64,000 nt of DNA from an uncultured Eubacteriales bacterium. GTDB taxonomy: Bacteria > Bacillota > Clostridia > Saccharofermentanales > Saccharofermentanaceae. Shown here one piece after another: positions 20,282 to 30,440 of this stretch. The DNA is taken from assembly GCA_900317035.1 (NCBI GenBank), contig ONFC01000001.1, forward strand, positions 462-64,461, read 5' to 3'. The position numbers and the translations under genes were made by a program. Below the pieces are notes generated by a model. It saw only the letters and a list, made by a program, of their open reading frames with translations, did no database searches and was not told the origin of the DNA. The number at the start of each line of letters is the position of its first letter. Positions within the stretch are counted from its first letter, which is position 1.

Positions 20282-22016
20282 CTACTGTACGGTGTGATAT
20301 AGCCGGGAGTAGGCTCCGTTTTTAGAGAGCAGCTCTTCATGTGTACCCTCTTCCTCGATGCCGTTTTCCGAGAGCACCAGGATCCTCTTGGCGTTCTGGA
20401 TCGTGGACAGACGGTGCGCGATGACCAGAGTCGTTCTGTCTTTGGCAAGTTCTTCCAGCGACTCCTGGATAGCGACTCCTGGATGACGCGCTCACTCTCG
20501 TTGTCGAGAGAAGAGGTTGCTTCATCAAAAATAAGGATCGGCGGGTTCTTCAGGAAAACACGGGCGATGGAGAGCCGCTGCTTCTGTCCGCCGCTGAGCT
20601 TGATGCCTCTTTGTCCGATATCCGTATCGTAACCGTTCGGAAGCTCCATGATGAAATCATGGGCGTTGGCACGCTTGGCGGCATCGACCACATCTTCGAA
20701 AGTTGCATCCGGCCGACCATAGCGGATATTTTCCAGAACTGTTCCTGCTGCACGATGCCGATCTGTTTTCTCAGCGATCTCTGGGTGACAGAGGTGATAT
20801 CGGTCCCGTCGATCAGGATCCTGCCGGACTGCGGTTCGTAGAATCTCGGGATCAGGCTGCAGATCGTGGTCTTGCCGACACCGGAATGACCGACCAGCGC
20901 GACATATTCGCCCGAATCGACGTGAAGATTCAGATGAGAGAATACATTGGCGGCTTTGGAAGACTCGCTGTTATACGCGAAGGATACATCCTGAAAATCG
21001 ATATCTCCCTTTATGCCGGACATTTCAGCTGCATCAGGAGCGTCCTCGATATCCGGCTCGATGCAGATCATCTCGTAGAAACGTTCGAATCCGGACATGC
21101 CGTTCTGGAACTGCTCGGTAAAGCTGACGAGCTTTCGGATCGGCTCGGTGAAGTTGTTCACATAAAGAAGAAATGCGATCAGATCCTGAAGTGTCAGCGC
21201 ATCCTTTCCGATCATGAGGGATCCGACCGTGGCGACGACGATCGTGATCAGTCCGGTCGTTCCCCAGAGGACAGCGTGATAGATCGCCATATACCGGTAG
21301 TTATCCTTCTTGCTTCTGAGGAACATGTCGTTGCCCTCTGTGAACTTATGGATCTCCATATCCTCGCCGGTAAAGGACTTGACGACCCGGATGCCCGAGA
21401 GGCTGTCCTCCATGCGGGTGTTGATCTCGGCGATCTTTTCGCGGTTCTTTTTGAACGTCCTTTTCATTTTCTTATTCAGAACAGAAGCGAAGACGATCAT
21501 GAACGGAACCGGAACCAGTGCGACCAGCGCCAGAGGGACATTGATCATGCACAGGATGACCAGGGAGCCGATCAGCTTGATGGCGGAGATCATAAGGTCT
21601 TCCGGCCCGTGGTGATACAGCTCCGTGATCTCGAAAAGGTCATTGGTCACGCGCGACATCAGGGAACCGACCTTCTGGTCGTCGTAGAACCGGAAGGACA
21701 GCTTCTGATAATGCGTGAAAAGCTCATTTCTCAGGTCATATTCCATCCTGGCGCCGACCATATGGCCGACGTAGGCGATGAAGTAATTACAGCCGAATTC
21801 GATGCCGAGAAGCCCCAGCATGATCAGGAACAGGTTTAAGATCGTCTGCGAGGCATTGGAAAAGCCTTCTGTAAGGACAGTGCCCGTGATGTACCGGATG
21901 ATAAGAGGGATGATCAGGGAAGTGGCGGCCCCGATAAGTGCGAAGCACATGTCGGCAATAAACCCTTTGAGATAGGGCCGGTAATACGATAGGAATTTGC
22001 GCCATTTTGCGCTCAT
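20282..22016 (-). pseudogene. ABC exporter (fused TMD-NBD, MsbA-like) disrupted by two frameshifts
   Basis: TMD plus Walker [10 protein letters not shown] reads in one frame up to [34 protein letters not shown]...[13 protein letters not shown]...[23 protein letters not shown] continues in a second frame. [44 protein letters not shown]...YSRLYHTVQ* is in a third frame. Confidence 0.8.
20457..20484. repeat. perfect 14-bp tandem duplication (AGCGACTCCTGGAT x2) inside the ABC exporter
   Basis: Read directly: copy 1 is 20457-20470 and copy 2 is 20471-20484. Removing one copy restores the frame ...[24 protein letters not shown]... Confidence 0.9.
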
Positions 22017-22157
22017 TTGACCGCCTCCTTTCAAGTCATTTCCGGTGCCCGGATCCGATAAATTAAGAGGTATTCTAGCAGATTTGGAATTGACTTTCCA
22101 GCAATTAGTAAGCAATAATAGTAGCGGTATAAAATCTTATGTAAGAGGTGACTGATA

Positions 22158-23267
22158 ATGGCTTTTGAAAAAGTGCTTTTTGACACGACAAAAGACGGTA
22201 AAGACGTAGCTGAATTCGTTATTACACGCCCGAACGGAGAAAGTTTCTCCGTTATTGAATACGGTGCGGCGATCCATACTCTGAAAGTATTTGATAAGGA
22301 AGGAAAACTCGACGATGTCATGCTCGGTTTTGACACGATCGAAGGATATTTGGGCTCCGGGTCCGGACACGGCTCCATCATCGGCCGAACGGCGAACCGT
22401 ATCAAGGGCGGTGCTTTTACCATCGATGGCGTGGACTATCAGCTGCCGAAAAATGAAGGCGAGAACAACCTCCACGGCGGTCCGGGCAACTTCCAGAACA
22501 GCTTCTGGACAGGTGAGATCATCTCTCGTGATGAGGCACAGGAGTTTATCGGTGACCTGAAGATCAAGAATGATTGGACGATCGAGACCGAAGGCGTGCT
22601 GCTTTCGTTCCTTCTTGCGGACGGTGTCTGCGGAGTGCCGGGCAACATGGATATGAAAGTCCTCTATACCTGGGCAACCGACGGAACACTCATTATCTGC
22701 TATCGTGCAGTTTCTGATAAGAAGACGATTTTTGCTCCGACAAACCATTCGTATTTCAATATAGATGGACAGGCTGCCGGCAGGATCGGCGAGCAGCTCC
22801 TGTGGATCGATGCGGATCAGGTAACAGAGAAGGATATGGATAATGTTCCGAACGGTAAGTTTATCGACGTTGCAGGCACCGAGTTTGATTTCAGAACTCC
22901 CTGCGCGACCGAAAAAGTACTTGTGGAGACTTCTTCCAATCCGCAGCTGAACTGCAGCCGCGGTGCAGACTCGAACTATGTACTGAAGACGACACAGGAT
23001 AAGGTCTCCCTGGTCGCATCTGTCGAATCTCTGAAGTCCGGAAGAAAGATGGAAGTACTTACCAACTTCCCGGGCGTGCAGCTCTACTGTGCTTGTAATC
23101 TGAACGAAGACGGAAAAGGCGGCGTACACTATAATCCGTACGAAGCGATCTGCCTCGAGACACAGATGTTCCCGGATGCTATCCATCACGAAAACTTCGC
23201 ATCAGCGGTCATCGATAAGGATGAAGTCAAGGGATTCCTTACAGGTTATCGCTTTTCGGTAAAGTGA
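22158..23267 (+). CDS. galM: aldose 1-epimerase (galactose mutarotase)
   Basis: 369 aa. ...GRTANRIKGG.F..DG..Y.L..NEG.N.LHGG is a mutarotase hallmark. Confidence 0.9.
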   Translation: MAFEKVLFDTTKDGKDVAEFVITRPNGESFSVIEYGAAIHTLKVFDKEGKLDDVMLGFDTIEGYLGSGSGHGSIIGRTANRIKGGAFTIDGVDYQLPKNEGENNLHGGPGNFQNSFWTGEIISRDEAQEFIGDLKIKNDWTIETEGVLLSFLLADGVCGVPGNMDMKVLYTWATDGTLIICYRAVSDKKTIFAPTNHSYFNIDGQAAGRIGEQLLWIDADQVTEKDMDNVPNGKFIDVAGTEFDFRTPCATEKVLVETSSNPQLNCSRGADSNYVLKTTQDKVSLVASVESLKSGRKMEVLTNFPGVQLYCACNLNEDGKGGVHYNPYEAICLETQMFPDAIHHENFASAVIDKDEVKGFLTGYRFSVK

Positions 23268-23280
23268 GGAACGCTTTGCC

Positions 23281-24039
23281 GTGAGTTCCCAAAAGCTCTA
23301 TCTACGCGGTTTGAAAGACGGGTTCCCGATCTGCCTCGGGTACCTGTCTGTTTCCTTTGCCTTCGGTATTTTTGCCGTAGGTGCAGGCCTTTCTGTGTGG
23401 CAGACGATCCTGGTATCAGTGGCGAACCTGACCTCCGCCGGACAGCTGGCCGGTGTGCCGATCATGGTTGGGTCTTTGCCGCTTCTGGAGATGGTACTGA
23501 CGCAGTTTGTTATCAATCTCCGGTACTCGCTGATGTCAGTTTCTCTTTCCCAGAAGGTGAGCCCGCGTGTGAAACTTCTGCATCGAATTGCGATCGCTTT
23601 TGGCGTGACGGATGAGATCTTCGCGGTGGCTATAAGTCAGAAAGAGGAGCTCGAAACTCCTTATATGATGGGTCTTATTACCGCGCCTTTCTGGGGCTGG
23701 ACCATCGGTACCGCACTGGGTGCTCTGGCAGGAGATATACTTCCGGAAATGGTCGTATCGGCACTGGGCATCGCGCTTTATGCGATGTTTGTGGCGATCG
23801 TGATTCCGCCTGCAAAGAAGAATCATGCGGTGGCGCTGTGCTGCCTTCTGGCGATGGCGATGTCAGCGGCATTTTACTATATTCCGGTACTCTCGGATGT
23901 TTCTGCCGGGATCTCGATCATTATCTGTGCTCTGGTCTCCGGACTTCTGTTTGCCTGGATTGCACCGATCCAGGATGAGGAGAAGAAGGATCCGTCCGGT
24001 GATGACCGGAATAACGAAGGAAAGGCGGTGACCGCCTGA
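23281..24039 (+). CDS. azlC: AzlC family branched-chain amino acid exporter subunit
   Basis: 252 aa, polytopic. N-terminal GL.DG.PI.LGY....AFG is typical of AzlC. It is followed by azlD. Confidence 0.85.
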   Translation: MSSQKLYLRGLKDGFPICLGYLSVSFAFGIFAVGAGLSVWQTILVSVANLTSAGQLAGVPIMVGSLPLLEMVLTQFVINLRYSLMSVSLSQKVSPRVKLLHRIAIAFGVTDEIFAVAISQKEELETPYMMGLITAPFWGWTIGTALGALAGDILPEMVVSALGIALYAMFVAIVIPPAKKNHAVALCCLLAMAMSAAFYYIPVLSDVSAGISIIICALVSGLLFAWIAPIQDEEKKDPSGDDRNNEGKAVTA

Positions 24040-24359
24040 TGCGTACAGATGTTTTCTTCCTGTATCTTATCGTAATGGCCGGGGTCACCTATCTGATCCG
24101 TATGCTGCCGCTGGTCCTCTGCCGGAAAAAAATAGAGAACCGGTTCATCCGTTCGTTTCTCTATTATGTCCCTTATGCGGTTCTGTCTGCGATGACGATC
24201 CCCGCGATCTTTTATTCGACGGGCTGCCTTATTTCCGCGATCCTGGGATTTGCCTGCGCGGTGATCCTGTCGCTTCTGGAAAAGAAACTGCTGACTGTCG
24301 CCATCGGCGCCTGCGGAACAGTATTTATAGTAGAATATGTGATGACATTCTTCGGCTGA
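24039..24359 (+). CDS. azlD: AzlD family branched-chain amino acid transport protein
   Basis: 106 aa with 4 TM helices. Start overlaps the azlC stop. Confidence 0.8.
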   Translation: MRTDVFFLYLIVMAGVTYLIRMLPLVLCRKKIENRFIRSFLYYVPYAVLSAMTIPAIFYSTGCLISAILGFACAVILSLLEKKLLTVAIGACGTVFIVEYVMTFFG

Positions 24360-24395
24360 CAGTGCTTTTGCCGGAGAAAAGAGAGGAGATATAGC

Positions 24396-24827
24396 ATGGC
24401 ACAGATAGATCCGATTATTGAGGGAAGAGATCTCGAGTGGGCAAGAAAGACATTTGCCAATGACCGTTTTGCGACCGAGGCGGCCGGCGTTATTATCGAA
24501 GAATCCGGTGATAAGGTCTGCCGGTGCAGCATGAAGATCACACCAGTCCACAGAAATGCGGCAGGCGGAGTAATGGGAGGTGCCATCTTTACCCTTGCGG
24601 ATCTGACATTCGCCGTAGCAGCAAATTTCGGCGGGAGAATGACCGTTTCTATCTCCAGTAATATCTCCTTTATCGGTCCTTGCAAAGGGGATGTCCTGTT
24701 TAGTACGGCGACATGCGTGAAGTCGGGAAGAAGTACCTGTTTTTATGAGGTGGATATCGTCGATGATCTCGGAAACAAAGTGGCGGTCGTGACATTTACA
24801 GGCTTCGTAAAAGACCAGAAGTTCTGA
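24396..24827 (+). CDS. PaaI-family hotdog-fold thioesterase
   Basis: 143 aa. ...N..G..MGGAIFTLAD... pattern typical of PaaI/YbgC-like thioesterases. Confidence 0.75.
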   Translation: MAQIDPIIEGRDLEWARKTFANDRFATEAAGVIIEESGDKVCRCSMKITPVHRNAAGGVMGGAIFTLADLTFAVAANFGGRMTVSISSNISFIGPCKGDVLFSTATCVKSGRSTCFYEVDIVDDLGNKVAVVTFTGFVKDQKF

Positions 24828-24898
24828 TCCGGAATGCCTGAAAAACAGTGCGTATACTATGCCTGCAAAAAAACTTCTTCTTATTTTCAGAATTGTTG

Positions 24899-24927
24899 TT
24901 GACAAGCAACCGAGGTTTCGGTATACT
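24899..24927 (+). promoter_or_regulatory. consensus-like sigma-A promoter of the tRNA cluster
   Basis: TTGACA (24899-24904), a 17-nt spacer, then TATACT (24922-24927). Confidence 0.65.
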
Positions 24928-24967
24928 CTTTCTTGCGCTTGAAAAAGCGCTCCGGAAACGGATAGAT

Positions 24968-25043
24968 GGAAGATTAGCTCAGCTGGGAGAGCACCTGCCT
25001 TACAAGCAGGGGGTCACAGGTTCGAGCCCTGTATCTTCCACCA
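24968..25043 (+). tRNA. tRNA-Val (anticodon TAC)
   Basis: Manual cloverleaf: acceptor GGAAGAT/ATCTTCC, anticodon arm CCTGC-CTTACAA-GCAGG, T arm ACAGG-TTCGAGC-CCTGT, encoded CCA. Confidence 0.95.
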
Positions 25044-25047
25044 ATAT

Positions 25048-25125
25048 GGCGCAGTAGTTCAGCTTGGTTAGAATGCCAGCCTGTCACGCTGGAGGTCGAG
25101 GGTTCGAGCCCCTTCTGCGTCGCCA
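25048..25125 (+). tRNA. tRNA-Asp (anticodon GTC)
   Basis: Acceptor GGCGCAG/CTGCGTC, anticodon arm CCAGC-CTGTCAC-GCTGG, T arm GAGGG-TTCGAGC-CCCTT, encoded CCA. Confidence 0.93.
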
Positions 25126-25159
25126 AGATGATCGGTCCATATCGGACCGATTATCATTT

Positions 25160-25235
25160 GCCCAGATAGCTCAGTCGGTAGAGCAGGGGACTGAAAATCC
25201 CCGTGTCGTTGGTTCGATTCCGACTCTGGGCACCA
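25160..25235 (+). tRNA. tRNA-Phe (anticodon GAA)
   Basis: Acceptor GCCCAGA/TCTGGGC, anticodon arm GGGGA-CTGAAAA-TCCCC, T arm GTTGG-TTCGATT-CCGAC, encoded CCA. Confidence 0.95.
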
Positions 25236-25275
25236 AAGAGATCGTCACACCGGCGGTCTCTTTCTTTTTATTTTG
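25236..25275 (+). terminator. rho-independent terminator of the tRNA cluster
   Basis: About 10-bp stem AAAGAGATCG / CGGTCTCTTT followed by CTTTTTATTTT. Confidence 0.65.
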
Positions 25276-25383
25276 CAGTTTTGCAGGGAATAGAGTTACA
25301 AATCTTCCGAAAACTGACTTTCCTATATTTTTTTAATATGTTATATTTTGATACGCACGTATATATGTGCAGGAGGTAGGAAA

Positions 25384-28125
25384 ATGAATCACCCGTTTTC
25401 GAAGGAAACCGAAAGTGTTATCAAAGAACTTCAGACCGACATAAAAGCCGGCCTCACAAAAACAGAAGCCGACAAAAGACTTGCCAAGTATGGTCCCAAC
25501 TCATTAGGAGAAGAAAAGAAAGTCCCGCTGTGGAAAAGATTCTTAGGCCAGTTCGCGGATGCGATGGTCCTGATCCTTATCGGAGCTGCAGTATTGTCTG
25601 CCATCATGGCAATCAAGGAAGGCGGTTTTTCCGGATGGATCGATGTTATCGTTATCCTTGCGATCGTAATCATCAATGCGATCCTCGGTGTCTATCAGGA
25701 AGGTAAAGCGGATGAGGCGATCGCTGCTCTTAAGAAGATGAGCTCACCGCAGGCAAAAGTCATCCGTGACAACATGCAGCAGATGATCGATTCGGATAAA
25801 CTGGTTCCGGGTGATGTTGTTGTCCTCGATGCAGGTGATCTGGTTGCTGCGGATATCCGACTGACGGAAGCAAGCTCCATGAAAGTGGAAGAAGCATCCC
25901 TGACCGGTGAATCAGTTCCGGTTGATAAAGATGCGACAGTAGTTCTTGAAGAAGACTGCGGCATCGGTGATAGAAAGAATATGCTGTACATGGGTACGGC
26001 GGTAACCTACGGACGCGGACGCGGTATCGTCGTGGAAACCGGTGCGAATACGGAACTGGGTAAGATCGCCAGCCGCCTTTCCTCTATTGATAATGAAGAG
26101 ACTCCTCTTCAGAAGAACCTTACAAAACTCGGTAAGATCCTCGGTATCGTCTGTGTTGCGATCTGCCTGATCGTCTTTGTAGTTGATGTATTTGCTCAGG
26201 GCGAGCCCTGGGAAGATGCTCTTATGACTGCTGTCAGCCTTGCGGTTGCAGCTATTCCGGAAGGCCTTGCCGCTGTAGTTACTATCGTTCTTGCGCTCGG
26301 TATGACGAAGATGGCAAGTAAAAATGCGATCGTACGCCGCCTGCTCGCTGTTGAGACGCTGGGCTGCGTAGATGTTATCTGCACAGATAAGACCGGTACT
26401 CTTACTCAGAATGAAATGACAGTCCGTAAGGTCTTTGATGGTGAGAAATCCTTCGATGTTACCGGCATCGGTTATGCACCGGAAGGCCAGATCCAGGATG
26501 AAAACGAAACCAAGATCACTCCGGACGCAAAGCTTGTAAGACTTCTTCAGGCCTGTGTACTCTGTAGTGATGCAGTTACACCGAAGGGCGAAGATGGCAG
26601 ATATTCCTGCATTGGTGACCCGACGGAAGCAGCCCTTGTCGCACTGGGCGCCAAGTCCGGTCTTCCTAAGGAGGAAACAAATAAGTTGTACCCGCGTATC
26701 GCGGAACTTCCTTTTGACTCGGACAGAAAGATGATGACCACATATCATCCGAATATCATTCCGGGTGCGATCGTGTCCTTTACCAAGGGTGCTCCGGATA
26801 TCGTTCTTGACCGCTGTATCGAGTACTTTGACGGACAGAAGAATGTTCCGATGACAGACGAGATTAAAAAGCGTATCGCCGAGACGAATCACGGTTATGC
26901 TACAAAAGCACTTCGAGTACTTGCTTTCGCGTACCGTTCTTTTGAAGGAAAGTCAGAGATCGAGGCGGATTTTGCTCATGAAGCCGATATGTGCTTCATC
27001 GGACTTGTCGGTATGATCGATCCTGCAAGAACAGAGGTTAAAGACGCGATGGCGATCTGCCGTGAAGCAGGTATCCGTGCCGTCATGATCACAGGTGACT
27101 ATAAAGATACTGCTGTTGCGATCGCAAATGACCTCGGCATGATGGATGAGAACTCCGGAAGCCTGTCCGGTGCAGAGCTGGATAAGGTCTCGGATGAGGA
27201 CTTCCAGACTGTCTGTGAGACCACAAACGTATATGCCCGTGTTTCTCCGGATCACAAAGTCCGTATTGTTACCGCACTGAAGAAGAATGACCACATCGCA
27301 TCCATGACCGGTGACGGCGTAAACGATGCGATGGCACTGAAGTCTGCGGATATCGGTGTTGCGATGGGTATCACCGGAACGGATGTCGCGAAGAATTCTT
27401 CTGACATGATCCTTACCGATGATAACTTCGCTACGATCGTTTCGGCGGTCGAAGAAGGACGTGTTATCTACAGTAATATCAGAAAGTTCGTCGGATTCCT
27501 GCTTTCCTGTAATGTGGGTGAGATCCTGATCATCTTCCTGATCTCCCTGATCCCGACATCCCTGATCACGGGTATCGGAACACCGCTTACCGCGATCCAG
27601 CTTCTGTGGCTGAATCTGGTTACAGACAGTTTCCCGGCACTGGCTCTCGGAAGAGAGAAGGGTGAACCGGACATCATGAAACAGCCGCCGAGAAGAAAGT
27701 CGGAGTCGATTATCAATAAGAGTATGAAGATCAATATCCTTGTACAGAGCCTGGCGATCTTTGCCGCTGTATTCACTTCCTTCGTACTTGGCCTGACCGT
27801 CTTCTTCAAGGATGAGATCGCACCGATCGAAGGTGCCAGAACTATGGCGTTTGCCACATTGATCCTGGCAGAGCTCTTCCGTGCATATGGTGCCCGTTCC
27901 GAAAGGATCTCGGTATTTAAGCTCGGTGTGTTCAGCAATAAGTTCATGAACATCTCGGTGGCCGGTTCCATCGCACTGCTCTTAGCGGTCATCTATATTC
28001 CGGGAGTGAACGGTATCTTCGATAATATCGCTCTTGCTCCGCTTCTCTGGATTCCGATCGTACTCCTGGCGCTTATCCCGTTTACGGCAAGCGAGATCCA
28101 TAAGATGATAAAGAATAGAAAATAA
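25384..28125 (+). CDS. cation-transporting P-type ATPase (Ca2+/PMR1-SERCA-like, type IIA)
   Basis: Phosphorylation motif CTDKTGTLT, hinge MTGDGVNDAMAL, and 10 predicted TM helices. The ATG at 25384 is preceded by AGGAGG. Confidence 0.92.
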   Translation: MNHPFSKETESVIKELQTDIKAGLTKTEADKRLAKYGPNSLGEEKKVPLWKRFLGQFADAMVLILIGAAVLSAIMAIKEGGFSGWIDVIVILAIVIINAILGVYQEGKADEAIAALKKMSSPQAKVIRDNMQQMIDSDKLVPGDVVVLDAGDLVAADIRLTEASSMKVEEASLTGESVPVDKDATVVLEEDCGIGDRKNMLYMGTAVTYGRGRGIVVETGANTELGKIASRLSSIDNEETPLQKNLTKLGKILGIVCVAICLIVFVVDVFAQGEPWEDALMTAVSLAVAAIPEGLAAVVTIVLALGMTKMASKNAIVRRLLAVETLGCVDVICTDKTGTLTQNEMTVRKVFDGEKSFDVTGIGYAPEGQIQDENETKITPDAKLVRLLQACVLCSDAVTPKGEDGRYSCIGDPTEAALVALGAKSGLPKEETNKLYPRIAELPFDSDRKMMTTYHPNIIPGAIVSFTKGAPDIVLDRCIEYFDGQKNVPMTDEIKKRIAETNHGYATKALRVLAFAYRSFEGKSEIEADFAHEADMCFIGLVGMIDPARTEVKDAMAICREAGIRAVMITGDYKDTAVAIANDLGMMDENSGSLSGAELDKVSDEDFQTVCETTNVYARVSPDHKVRIVTALKKNDHIASMTGDGVNDAMALKSADIGVAMGITGTDVAKNSSDMILTDDNFATIVSAVEEGRVIYSNIRKFVGFLLSCNVGEILIIFLISLIPTSLITGIGTPLTAIQLLWLNLVTDSFPALALGREKGEPDIMKQPPRRKSESIINKSMKINILVQSLAIFAAVFTSFVLGLTVFFKDEIAPIEGARTMAFATLILAELFRAYGARSERISVFKLGVFSNKFMNISVAGSIALLLAVIYIPGVNGIFDNIALAPLLWIPIVLLALIPFTASEIHKMIKNRK

Positions 28126-28200
28126 CTGTTGCACATGGAAAAGTCTTGTGTTACTATTTAACGGTTATTAGAATTGAGAACAGTCTCGGAGGCTGATATA

Positions 28201-28452
28201 ATGAATACATTAGCAGTAGTACTTACATGTGTTGATATCGTTGTTTGCATCGCACTGATCATCCTGGTTATGTCCCAGGAAGGAAATGACCAGGGTATGG
28301 GTGTTGTAGGCGGTTCCGGAAGTAATTCCTTCTACGAGAAGTCGAAGGGCAGAACTCTGGATGAGAAACTCAAGAAGATCACGCTGTTTACAGCGGTTCT
28401 CTTCGCGATCCTTACCGTAGTGCTTTTCCTGGTGCTGGCAAGAGGCCTTTAA
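28201..28452 (+). CDS. secG: preprotein translocase subunit SecG
   Basis: 83 aa with two TM helices. The Gly-rich loop GGSGSNSFY is typical of SecG. RBS GGAGG upstream. Confidence 0.85.
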   Translation: MNTLAVVLTCVDIVVCIALIILVMSQEGNDQGMGVVGGSGSNSFYEKSKGRTLDEKLKKITLFTAVLFAILTVVLFLVLARGL

Positions 28453-28478
28453 TACACATTTAAATCAAAAAACAAGTG

Positions 28479-28516
28479 AGCTGCTGACCGGTTACCGGAA
28501 AGCAGCTTATTTTTTA
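28479..28516 (+). terminator. rho-independent terminator after secG
   Basis: AGCTGCT...AGCAGCT stem with an inner CCGG pairing, followed by TATTTTTT. Confidence 0.55.
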
Positions 28517-28531
28517 GTATAAGGAGTACCG

Positions 28532-30385
28532 ATGGGAAGACATAATCGAAGACATATTAAGATCCGTCCGAGCGGAAAGACGGAAAAATCTAAAATGAAG
28601 ATCCCGGCGGCCCGTGAGATCACGATCTCGCAGCTTCCGCCAAGAGGCCCGCAGGCACTTGAGAATCAGTGCGTCGGACTTCTGAAAGAAACCAGAGATG
28701 GTGGAGTGGTCGTTCCGGATCCGGGCTATCCTGCATCCTCTTATGGCCATATTATTATCCGGAAAAACCAGATGAACGGTGCACCGTTCGGTATGAAAGT
28801 CGTCTGTGAGATACTGAATCCTTCTGCCAAGAGAGCGGAGTATGAAGGACGTATCGTCGAAGTGCTCGGCGATCCCGGAAATAATGATGTGGAGATGCTT
28901 GCTATCCTGCGACAGTATGGACTTTCTCCGGTATTTCCTGCGGCGGTTATGGATGAGGCATCCCGCCTTCCGCTTTCTCCTACGGAGAAGGATATCGAAG
29001 AGGCTCTGCTCCATGGACGTAAGGATCTGCGCCATCTGACGACGATCACGATCGACGGTGAAGAGGCGAAAGATCTTGATGATGCGATCTCCATCCAGAA
29101 ACTGGATAAGGGGTGTTATCGTCTTTGGGTACATATCGCGGATGTTTCCGAGTACGTGACAGACGGGTCCTGCCTGGATATCGAGGCACAGACCAGAGGA
29201 ACGTCAGTATATCTTGTGGACCGTGTTATTCCTATGCTGCCGCCGCGCCTGTCTAACGGCCTTTGCAGCCTGAATCCGAATGTCCCGAGATTTACGATGA
29301 CCTGCGAGATGAAGATCGGCCCGCAGGGGGAGATCGTTGACAGTGATATCTATGAGAGCATTATCGAGAGTGATGCCAGAACGTCATATAACGAGATCAA
29401 CGGGATCCTTTTCGAAGACAAAGTCATCGAAGACTATAAGCCACTGGTTTCGATGTTTCAGCAGCTGCTAGAGCTCCGTAATATCTTGAAAGAGAAGAGA
29501 CAGAAACGCGGTAATATCGATTTTGTGTTCCCGGAGACGCATGTGGAACTTGATGATGAGGGAAAACCGGTCGATGTATATCCGTATCCGATCAATACGA
29601 TCCATAGTGTGATCGAGGAATTCATGATCGCCGCTAATGAAGCGGTCGCGGAACGGTTTAATAAGATGGAAAGTCCGTTCATATATCGTATCCACGAGGA
29701 ACCGGATGAGCTGAAGATCAATGAATTTATGCATGTGGCACGGCTTTTCGGTGAAAACAGAAGACTCGTCGGAAAAGCGACCCCGCTGTTCTTCAGTGAA
29801 ATGCTGGAGGATATCAAGGATAAGGAGTATGCTCCTGCCCTGAACCAGCTTCTTCTTCGGAGCATGGCGAAGGCGAAGTATTCGGAGAAGAACGTCGGTC
29901 ACTTCGGCCTGGCATCGCAGTATTACTGCCATTTCACGTCACCGATCCGAAGATATCCGGATCTTTATATCCATCGTATTATCAAGAGCTGGCTCCATCA
30001 GAAACACCAGAAGCAGTATTTCCAGGGAAAAGTGGCTGATGTGGCCTATCACAGCTCGGAAATGGAGAAAAACAGCGTTGATGCGGAAAGAGCGTCCGTT
30101 GACCTGAAGTGTGCCGAGTATATGATGGCACATGTGGGAGAGGAATTCCCGGGTACTGTCTCGGGGGCTTGTCCTGGAGGTATTTTTGTAAAACTTGAGA
30201 ATACGATCGAAGGCATGGTGCCGTTTTCCTCGTTGAATGAATACTTCGAGTTCGATGAACGAAAACTCGAGGCGAAAGGATCGCGGGGAACGGTGTACCG
30301 TATTGGAAAGAAGGTCCGGATCAAAGTCGCGGCCGCCGATCCGCTGACCCATCATATCGATTTTGTTTTCTGCGAAGAGAAATAG
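28532..30385 (+). CDS. rnr: ribonuclease R
   Basis: 617 aa. Cold-shock-like N-terminus, RNB domain (EEAKDLDDAIS, ...YLVDRVIPMLP), C-terminal S1 domain (G.V.G....G.FV.L). Confidence 0.92.
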   Translation: MGRHNRRHIKIRPSGKTEKSKMKIPAAREITISQLPPRGPQALENQCVGLLKETRDGGVVVPDPGYPASSYGHIIIRKNQMNGAPFGMKVVCEILNPSAKRAEYEGRIVEVLGDPGNNDVEMLAILRQYGLSPVFPAAVMDEASRLPLSPTEKDIEEALLHGRKDLRHLTTITIDGEEAKDLDDAISIQKLDKGCYRLWVHIADVSEYVTDGSCLDIEAQTRGTSVYLVDRVIPMLPPRLSNGLCSLNPNVPRFTMTCEMKIGPQGEIVDSDIYESIIESDARTSYNEINGILFEDKVIEDYKPLVSMFQQLLELRNILKEKRQKRGNIDFVFPETHVELDDEGKPVDVYPYPINTIHSVIEEFMIAANEAVAERFNKMESPFIYRIHEEPDELKINEFMHVARLFGENRRLVGKATPLFFSEMLEDIKDKEYAPALNQLLLRSMAKAKYSEKNVGHFGLASQYYCHFTSPIRRYPDLYIHRIIKSWLHQKHQKQYFQGKVADVAYHSSEMEKNSVDAERASVDLKCAEYMMAHVGEEFPGTVSGACPGGIFVKLENTIEGMVPFSSLNEYFEFDERKLEAKGSRGTVYRIGKKVRIKVAAADPLTHHIDFVFCEEK

Positions 30386-30414
30386 AAAAAAGACCTCGAA
30401 ATGAGGTCTTTTTG
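30386..30414. terminator. bidirectional rho-independent terminator between rnr and the HPr-like gene
   Basis: AAGACCTC-GAAAT-GAGGTCTT stem flanked by an A-run on the left and a T-run on the right. Confidence 0.7.
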
Positions 30415-30440
30415 ATAGAAAACTATTTAATCTTGTGGAA

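Noticed and set aside
25126-25159. Hairpin ATCGGTCC-ATATC-GGACCGAT between tRNA-Asp and tRNA-Phe as a possible regulatory element.
   Set aside because: It is a short inter-tRNA spacer hairpin, typical of processing sites in polycistronic tRNA precursors. Nothing else distinguishes it.
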